DNA from: Phycisphaerales bacterium | GTDB lineage: Bacteria > Planctomycetota > Phycisphaerae > Phycisphaerales > UBA1924 | Length of the DNA stretch: 64,000 bases | Direction of reading: 5' to 3' | Assembly (NCBI GenBank): GCA_965227775.1 | Contig: OZ245777.1 | Location: 3,008,001-3,072,000, forward strand | In this document: positions 57,779-64,000 of the stretch, piece by piece | Layout: each line of letters starts with the position of its first letter | Position numbering within the stretch: position 1 is the stretch's first letter | The notes under the pieces: model-generated | What the model was told of the DNA's origin: nothing | What the model saw: only the letters and a program-made list of their open reading frames with translations | Databases searched by the model: none | Translations under genes and position numbers: made by a program

Positions 57779-59223
57779 CGCACCGATCCCTTCACCAGCG
57801 AGCAGACCCCGAGGCTTACGATGAAGCCGCCGAGCATGCGCCATCCGAGCGACGGCGCCGGATCAATCACGAATTGCATCACCGCGACGGTGCCCGCACC
57901 AAAGACTAACGCACACAGCACCGTTGGAGCGCTCCCGCGCCCGAGTAGCAGCGTCGATACGAAGACCCCGAGCAGCCCCGCATAGGCATAGATCATGACG
58001 CCCAGCGCGAAGGGGATCAGCCCCTCGCTCTTGCCGCCCTCGGCCAGCACAAAGACGCCCGCTACGACGATCAACGCCGCGCCGCACATGGCGTTCACGA
58101 TACGGGCGGTTCGCGCACCGGCATCCTTCTTGCCGATTCCAAGATCTACAACCACCGAGCTCGACATCGCGTTGAGCGCCGAGTCGGTGCTACTCATCGC
58201 GGCCGCAAACAGGCCCGCAACGAGGAGGCCTCGCAGGCCAGCCGGGAGATCGTCCAGGATGAACGCGAGGTACACGCCGCGTGTGTCGCCCTCGACAATC
58301 CCGCCGCCCGAGGCATCGCGCACGAACAGCAGCAGCCCAACGCACAGGAACAGCCCGACGACGAGCGTGCCGAGCAAGCTCGACGCGACCAGCGACCACG
58401 CCGCACGGGGCGCGCTCCGCGAAGTCAGCAGCCGCTGGGCAAGGTCCTGGTCCGTCCCGAACGCGGCGGCGTTGAAGAGCGTGAGACCAAGCAGAACCGC
58501 CCAGAGGGTGAAGGGGGAGCTCAGGTTCCACGACAGATCGATCAGCACGAGCTTCTCACCCGTGGGGTCAGCGTCGGCGATTGCGGCGGGCAGATCGCCC
58601 GGCGCGACACCGATCTGGCCGACAAGTACCCAGATGCTCGCGATCACCGCGACGACCATGACCAACGCCTGGAGCGCGTCCGTCCAGATGACCGCCTTGA
58701 TGCCGCCCCACGACGTGTAGATCAGCGCCAGCGTCCCGAGCGATGCGACACAAATCAGCAGGTGACCGATCGCCAGGTCGCTGAACACCATGAGGCTGCA
58801 GGGAACCGCCGCAATATAGAGCCGCGAGCCGCTCGCGAGCAGGCGGCCGAGCAGGAACGCCGCAGCGCATGACTTCTGTGCGAAGACGCCATGGCGTTCG
58901 CCGATGGGCTCGTACACCGTTGTCGCGTTAGCCGCATAGAACTTCGGCAGGAATAGCCACGCGACCAGCACCGCACCGAGCACGGACGCGATCGATGCGG
59001 ACAGGTACGTCAGGTCCGACGCGTACGACTGCTGCGGCCCGCCGATGAACGTCGCCCCCGATACGGACGTCGCGACGACCGAGATCGCGATCGCCCACGC
59101 CGGGACGCGCCGTTCGCCAGTGTACAGCGCCTCAGCACTCCGTACGCGCCGGGCCGCGAGCCAGCCGATCGCCAGCACCACGAGGGCATAGCCCGCAAAG
59201 ACGACACCGTCGAGAGCCGTCAA
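57775..59223 (-). CDS. Sodium:solute symporter family transporter
   Basis: SVVATSVSGATFIGGP, GGIKAVIWTDALQ, GTDQDLAQRLL, AAAMSSTDSALN; many TMs. Confidence 0.9.
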   Translation of the reverse strand: MTALDGVVFAGYALVVLAIGWLAARRVRSAEALYTGERRVPAWAIAISVVATSVSGATFIGGPQQSYASDLTYLSASIASVLGAVLVAWLFLPKFYAANATTVYEPIGERHGVFAQKSCAAAFLLGRLLASGSRLYIAAVPCSLMVFSDLAIGHLLICVASLGTLALIYTSWGGIKAVIWTDALQALVMVVAVIASIWVLVGQIGVAPGDLPAAIADADPTGEKLVLIDLSWNLSSPFTLWAVLLGLTLFNAAAFGTDQDLAQRLLTSRSAPRAAWSLVASSLLGTLVVGLFLCVGLLLFVRDASGGGIVEGDTRGVYLAFILDDLPAGLRGLLVAGLFAAAMSSTDSALNAMSSSVVVDLGIGKKDAGARTARIVNAMCGAALIVVAGVFVLAEGGKSEGLIPFALGVMIYAYAGLLGVFVSTLLLGRGSAPTVLCALVFGAGTVAVMQFVIDPAPSLGWRMLGGFIVSLGVCSLVKGSVR

Positions 59224-60134
59224 CACGACGTATCCCGCCGGAGTGCACCACGCAGCGATCCATCCGATGCCTCAAGCCTGGCTTCCGCCTCACCTCGTGA
59301 AACATGCAGTGAGCGCATGATCACCGCGACTTTTACGCGGCCACCCGCCTCGTCGAGCAGCGCGAAGGCATCTTCGCGCGATTCACCGGTGAGCCGCACC
59401 ACGATCCGTGCCGCCCGATCGCGTAGCTTGTCGTTTGTCGCGCTTACGTCGACCATGAGCCCATCGTGCACCTTGCCCCTGCGCACCATAAGGGCAGTCG
59501 ACATCATGTTGAGCACGAGCTTCGTTGCGGTGCCGGCCTTTAGTCGTGTGGAACCGGCGAGGACCTCCGGACCGGTCTCAATGTGGATCACGTGGTCCGC
59601 AACAAAATGTGCGGGCACGGTACCGCACGTCACCAGCGCCGTCAGTGCACCTCGGGAACGTGCGATCTCGATCGCTCCCAGCGGGTAGGGCGTGGTTCCG
59701 CCCGCGGTCAGCCCGATGACGGTGTCGAGCTGCCCCACATCTAAGCGCTCGAGTTCTGACCGAGCACCGTCTGGGTCATCCTCAAGCGACTCACTCGATC
59801 GCCGCAGTGCGGCATCGCCGCCCGCGATGATCCCGATGACGCGCGAAGGGTCCACGAGGAACGTCGGCGGGCACTCTGAGGCATCGAGCACGCCCAGGCG
59901 TCCCGATGTCCCGGCGCCCACATAGATCAGTCGGCCGCCCGCTCGAAACCTCAGCGCGACATCCTCCACCAATGCCGCGATTCGTCCCGATTGGGCGCGC
60001 ACGGCTCGTACGGCGCGCTCGTCTTCCTCGGACATGAGCAAGAGCAAGTCCGCCGTCGGCAGCGCATCCAGACCCGCGCTGCGCGGGTGCACGCCCTCCG
60101 TGGGCACGCTCGACCGGTCCGGCGGAGCTCTCAT
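59220..60134 (-). CDS. murQ: N-acetylmuramic acid 6-phosphate etherase
   Basis: YVGAGTSGRLGVLDASECPPTF, GPEVLAGSTRLKAGTATKLVLNM, MVDVSATNDKL. Confidence 0.96.
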   Translation of the reverse strand: MRAPPDRSSVPTEGVHPRSAGLDALPTADLLLLMSEEDERAVRAVRAQSGRIAALVEDVALRFRAGGRLIYVGAGTSGRLGVLDASECPPTFLVDPSRVIGIIAGGDAALRRSSESLEDDPDGARSELERLDVGQLDTVIGLTAGGTTPYPLGAIEIARSRGALTALVTCGTVPAHFVADHVIHIETGPEVLAGSTRLKAGTATKLVLNMMSTALMVRRGKVHDGLMVDVSATNDKLRDRAARIVVRLTGESREDAFALLDEAGGRVKVAVIMRSLHVSRGEAEARLEASDGSLRGALRRDTSC

Positions 60135-61210
60135 GGACGCACTCCGACCCAAGATCCTTCGGTCATCAGCCGTTTGCTCCGGCCTGTGATCGCTGCTTGC
60201 GTGTACACGACACCATCGAGCGCGAGCAGGCCAAGCACCGCGATGCACGCGGCCTCGCGTTCCTGAGCAGCGACATCGAACGCGTCCGTGGTCCGACTTG
60301 GTCCAGCGATGTTCTCGATCGCGCGCATGAGCGCCGCGTTCCGAACACCTCCGCCGGCGAGAACCACCGCGCCCGTACCCCGCACGCGCTCTCCGATAGC
60401 GGCTCCAACCGCGCAGGCAGCACTCGCCATCAGGGTGCAGCCATCGAGCGAGGCAAAGCGATCTACCCACGCGGTGCACTCATCGCCAGTACCGAGCGAG
60501 CGATCACCAGAAGACTGCGCGCGCAGGACTTCCAGGAGCGTGCCTACCGCCTCGCCGTCGGGCGTGCCGTTGAGGGCCGCTCGTCCGCTCTCGTCGTAGG
60601 TCTTTCCCAACGCTCGCCTGGCACAGGCATCGAGAAGTTGGTTGCAGGCGCACACATCGAAGCCTCGTACGCTCTCGGGCTTCGAGTTGGCCGGTAGCAT
60701 CGTGACATTGCAGAACCCACCGAGGTTCACGATCGCGCGGTCCTCGTCTTCGGATCGGAACAGCACCCAGTCCGCGATCGGGGTAATCGGGGCGCCCTGG
60801 CCGCCAGCCGCGAGGTCGGCGCTGCGCAGGTCGTGGAGTACCGGGCAGCCCAGCCGCTGCGCGAGGGGCCAGGGGTTCATGAGTTGCATCGAGATGGGCG
60901 GCGCGTGGACGACCGTCTGGCCGGGAAGTGCGCAAACCGCCGGCTCTATGCCTGCAGCGTCGAGCATGTCCCCGACGACCCGGGCGTGGAGCTCTCCAAG
61001 CTCCAGTCCGAGGCGCGCGAACTCTCCAGCTGCCATCGGCTCGCCGCTTGCTGCCGCCCGGAGCCCGCCCGCAAGATCGCCGAGCCCCGACTCTGCATGA
61101 CCGACCGTACGCGCGCGCAGTTCCAAGCCCGTTCCGTCCGCCTCCACGAGAACGGCGTCCAGCCCATCGAGGCTCGTCCCGGTCATGCAGCCTACGGCGT
61201 AGCGCACCAT
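60131..61210 (-). CDS. anmK: Anhydro-N-acetylmuramic acid kinase
   Basis: GCMTGTSLDGLD, GQTV, DLAAGGQGAP, NLGGFCN, GGGVRN, REA. Confidence 0.92.
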   Translation of the reverse strand: MVRYAVGCMTGTSLDGLDAVLVEADGTGLELRARTVGHAESGLGDLAGGLRAAASGEPMAAGEFARLGLELGELHARVVGDMLDAAGIEPAVCALPGQTVVHAPPISMQLMNPWPLAQRLGCPVLHDLRSADLAAGGQGAPITPIADWVLFRSEDEDRAIVNLGGFCNVTMLPANSKPESVRGFDVCACNQLLDACARRALGKTYDESGRAALNGTPDGEAVGTLLEVLRAQSSGDRSLGTGDECTAWVDRFASLDGCTLMASAACAVGAAIGERVRGTGAVVLAGGGVRNAALMRAIENIAGPSRTTDAFDVAAQEREAACIAVLGLLALDGVVYTQAAITGRSKRLMTEGSWVGVRP

Positions 61211-61378
61211 CGACACTGTATCGGCGACCGCCCGCCTTGCCGCCCAGGGCCGGTGCACGTAAACAGCCGATCCAGGCCCAGCGCGAATGACCGCAGCACC
61301 GTCGGCTGCTTCCGCATCACCCTCTACAGATTCACTTGGGAATACTGGGATCGGCTGATCGAGCTAGCGGCCTCGCAC

Positions 61379-62176
61379 TCAGTCCTGTTCCGCTTCCGCC
61401 GCCACACGCACAACGGCTTCCGCCGCGCCCTTGGCCGATGCGGGGTTCTGGCCGGTCACCAGCCTGCCATCGACGACGACGTTCTCCTCGAAGTTGCCCG
61501 CGCCCACAAAATCGGCGCCGAGCTCACGGAGGCGGGTTTCGAGCAGGAAGGGCATGGCGTCGGTGAGTTCGACTGCGTCCTCCTCGGCGTTCGTGAAACC
61601 CGTGACGCGTCGGCCCGAGACCAGCGGGTCACCCCCACGTGCTCGGAGGTTCACGAGTGCGGCAGGGCCATGGCAGACCGCCGCGACAACCCCACCACTG
61701 CGGTAGACCCCCTCGGCCGTCTCACGCACGCCAGGGCCTTCTGGGAAGTCCCACATCGTGCCGTGCCCGCCGGCGAAGAAGATGGCCTCAAAGGCGCTGG
61801 CCTTCATGCTCGTCAGCCGGGCCGTGCCGGGCACGACGAAGCCGTCGGGGCCTTCCCTGGCAAACTTGTCCAGGAAGTACTGCTCGTCTTCGTCAGGGTC
61901 GGTGAGGCTGCGGGGGTCGATCGGGGAATCGCCGCCGTTTGGGCTCGCGAGGACGACGATCCAGCCGGCGTCGTTGAACACGTGCCAGGGATGGGCCGCC
62001 TCGGCCAGGAACAGGCCGGTCGGCTCGCCCGTGTCGCCCATGTCGGCGTGGTTGGTCAGCACCAGCAGCACGGCCGGGCGGGCGTCCGTCGGGGCCAGCT
62101 TGCCACTCTGGCAGCCCGCCAGCACGAAGCCCATGCCCAGGGTGACCGCTAGCAGGACCGTCCGGATACTCGCCAT
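61379..62176 (-). CDS. DJ-1/PfpI (Hsp31-like) family protein, predicted lipoprotein
   Basis: Lipobox LAGC; TGLFLAEAAHP, GGHGTMWDF, AVCHGPA, LVTGQNPAS. Confidence 0.88.
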   Translation of the reverse strand: MASIRTVLLAVTLGMGFVLAGCQSGKLAPTDARPAVLLVLTNHADMGDTGEPTGLFLAEAAHPWHVFNDAGWIVVLASPNGGDSPIDPRSLTDPDEDEQYFLDKFAREGPDGFVVPGTARLTSMKASAFEAIFFAGGHGTMWDFPEGPGVRETAEGVYRSGGVVAAVCHGPAALVNLRARGGDPLVSGRRVTGFTNAEEDAVELTDAMPFLLETRLRELGADFVGAGNFEENVVVDGRLVTGQNPASAKGAAEAVVRVAAEAEQD

Positions 62177-62307
62177 CGTGCTGCCTCCTTTGCCCCAACC
62201 ACTACCCCGAAGAGAGCGAATCTGCCGAAAGGTGAAACCGGGCCGCGCGGGCCCCCAACAATGTGCAAGGACTCGTGCGACCGGCCCGGCCGGCGGAGGG
62301 TATCGCG

Positions 62308-62535
62308 ATGGAAACGATCGTCCAGGAGATCGTGCGGGAAGGCGGGGTGTTTTGGATCGTCGGCGGGGCGATCGCGATCATCGCGATCGTGTTCGGCATC
62401 GTCGGGAGCACCGTCAAATCGGTCTCTCGCGAGAAGACCCGCCGCGAGATCGCCGCCTACATCGCCGAGGGCTCGATGACCCCCGAGCAGGGCGAGAAGC
62501 TCATGCGCGCGGCCCCGCCTGAAGACGACGACTGA
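62308..62535 (+). CDS. Small single-TM protein
   Basis: GGAGG RBS; TM followed by REKTRREIAAYIAEGSMTPEQGEKLM. Confidence 0.7.
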   Translation: METIVQEIVREGGVFWIVGGAIAIIAIVFGIVGSTVKSVSREKTRREIAAYIAEGSMTPEQGEKLMRAAPPEDDD

Positions 62536-62536
62536 G

Positions 62537-63955
62537 TCAGTCGCAGCCCGCGCCGAACGCCCCCTGGAACGCGAGGAAGTCGAAGAGCGTCAGCTCGCCG
62601 TCACCGTCGAAGTCGGCGGTGCTGTCTCTATCTTCGAAGAGATTCAGGAAGGTCAGAAAATCAAAGATGGTGAGCGCGCCGTCGGTGTCGAGGTCGATAC
62701 GTGAGAGGCAGCGGACGCAAGCCATATCGAACGAATACGCCGCGCCGCCGGGATCCTCGCTCGGCGCAACCAGCACGGCCACGTTGTCGTGGATCGCGGC
62801 CACAGAGCCGAAGCCCTTGGCACGGATCGGTCCGGCGCCACCGGGACGCATGATCGCTACCTCGTGCCAGACGCCGTCGGCATCGCGTTGGAAGAGGTGG
62901 GAGTTCTGTGGAAAGTCGTCGCGATCCACGTGGCCCACGATGACATTGTCGCCACTAATGACAATTCCGCCACCGAACAGGCCGCGCCATCTCGGCGTGC
63001 TATTTCGCAGTTCCTGACAGAGCACCCAAGAATCGTTTTCAAGCTCAAAGACGTAGGCGACGCCTTGGTTCGTAAAATCGCGAGTTGCGGCATAAGCCCC
63101 GACGACGAGTGTGTGTCCGTCGAAGGCGATGTCGTTCCCGAACTGCTCCGAATCAAACTCGCCAGTGATCCTTCTTGGCGGAAGGAGCCGCTGGGTATAC
63201 TCAAGCGAGCCGTCCGGGTTCCGCCGGTACGCCAGAACCGAGCCGTGCAGCGGTGCTCCGGATGGTGACCCGCTTGTACTGTCGCGATGGGCGCTTACGA
63301 ATGCCCACTGATCGCTGAGGTGAAGGTCCGCGTACCCAAATGAACCGCTCTCATTCACCTCGCTTGGGCGTTCGATGCTCTCGACGTACGACCAGTCGCC
63401 GGCCATCTCCCGATACCGATGCACGACGCCCCCCTGCTGGACGAGGATTGTGTCTCCCCGGAACGCCGAGACCTGCCCGAAGAAGATCGGCATGGGACCA
63501 TCGGGCGGGTAGAACCGCGTGACCTCGTTCCAGCTATCGCCGTCGAACTCGAAGACGTGCCCGTAACCCCACGCGTCGTCGATCGCACGCCGCGATGTTG
63601 AAACCACCATCCGATCGGGGTCCAGCGAGTCGAAGGCCAGCCCCGACCCGAATCCATCCAGAATCCGGATGTCGGCCGGCACGATGGTCTGCGTTGCGCG
63701 CCACCCATCGCCCTCGCGCTCGAACGCGTACACGGCTCCTGCCTGGCACGAGAACGGATCGCCGCCGCCCGGGCACAACGAGTGGGCCGCGCCATCGCCG
63801 AGCACGAGGTGTTTCTGGTTTAGGGCAAGGAGGTGGATAGCGCGGCTGGTGCCCTCCGGGCCGGTGAGGTGCTGTGGCGTGCAAGCACCCTGGGCGAGGG
63901 CGGACTGGCAGGCAGCGGCGACGAGCGTCAACGCCAGTGCATCGCGAATGAACAT
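62537..63955 (-). CDS. Secreted FG-GAP-like beta-propeller protein with C-terminal GC-type dockerin-like domain
   Basis: Signal peptide; repeated FG..A..G..VVGA / GAVY.FE..G.W blades; ends CLSRIDLDTDG..FDFL..ADFDGDG..FDFLAFQGAFGAGCD. Confidence 0.8.
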   Translation of the reverse strand: MFIRDALALTLVAAACQSALAQGACTPQHLTGPEGTSRAIHLLALNQKHLVLGDGAAHSLCPGGGDPFSCQAGAVYAFEREGDGWRATQTIVPADIRILDGFGSGLAFDSLDPDRMVVSTSRRAIDDAWGYGHVFEFDGDSWNEVTRFYPPDGPMPIFFGQVSAFRGDTILVQQGGVVHRYREMAGDWSYVESIERPSEVNESGSFGYADLHLSDQWAFVSAHRDSTSGSPSGAPLHGSVLAYRRNPDGSLEYTQRLLPPRRITGEFDSEQFGNDIAFDGHTLVVGAYAATRDFTNQGVAYVFELENDSWVLCQELRNSTPRWRGLFGGGIVISGDNVIVGHVDRDDFPQNSHLFQRDADGVWHEVAIMRPGGAGPIRAKGFGSVAAIHDNVAVLVAPSEDPGGAAYSFDMACVRCLSRIDLDTDGALTIFDFLTFLNLFEDRDSTADFDGDGELTLFDFLAFQGAFGAGCD

Positions 63956-64000
63956 ACGAGCATTGTGACCGATTCCATCGTCAATTGCAAGGGTTTCCGT

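Noticed and set aside
1..64000. CRISPR arrays, IS elements, phage or defence genes
   Set aside because: No regularly spaced repeats or transposase, integrase or nuclease motifs seen; recurring DNA similarity traces to the dockerin-like coding repeats.

Overview
High-GC window most consistent with a Planctomycetota (Phycisphaerales-like) genome. This is inferred from the multiple GC-type dockerin-like proteins, the CxxCGY..CPEC membrane proteins and the r-protein features. The core is the S10-spc-alpha ribosomal cluster (rpsJ to rplQ, minus strand, 34.9-50.9 kb; no rpmD, adk, infA or rpsD), plus tRNA-Thr-tuf-rpmG, folE2, ruvB, hflX, ctpA-tsaD-GGQ protein, tRNA-Gly and an anmK-murQ-SSS-nagZ operon. 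Accessory content: a cobalamin riboswitch heading dockerin-bearing, putatively B12-binding secreted proteins; an ~18 kb co-directional run (His/Cys micro-protein, FAD oxidoreductase, two dockerin hydrolases, ABC + DUF3299-like + RND, two zinc-ribbon/ankyrin membrane proteins); and five genes with the same Cys-bounded dockerin-like module. The most unusual signals are an XRE-like HTH fused to uL22 (with a ~50-aa bL17 insertion), a 61-aa uS14 that has lost its zinc ligands, the riboswitch/dockerin B12 module and the His/Cys micro-protein with its own promoter. No CRISPR, transposase, integrase or phage genes were seen. All family calls are by motif recognition; no database searches were run.
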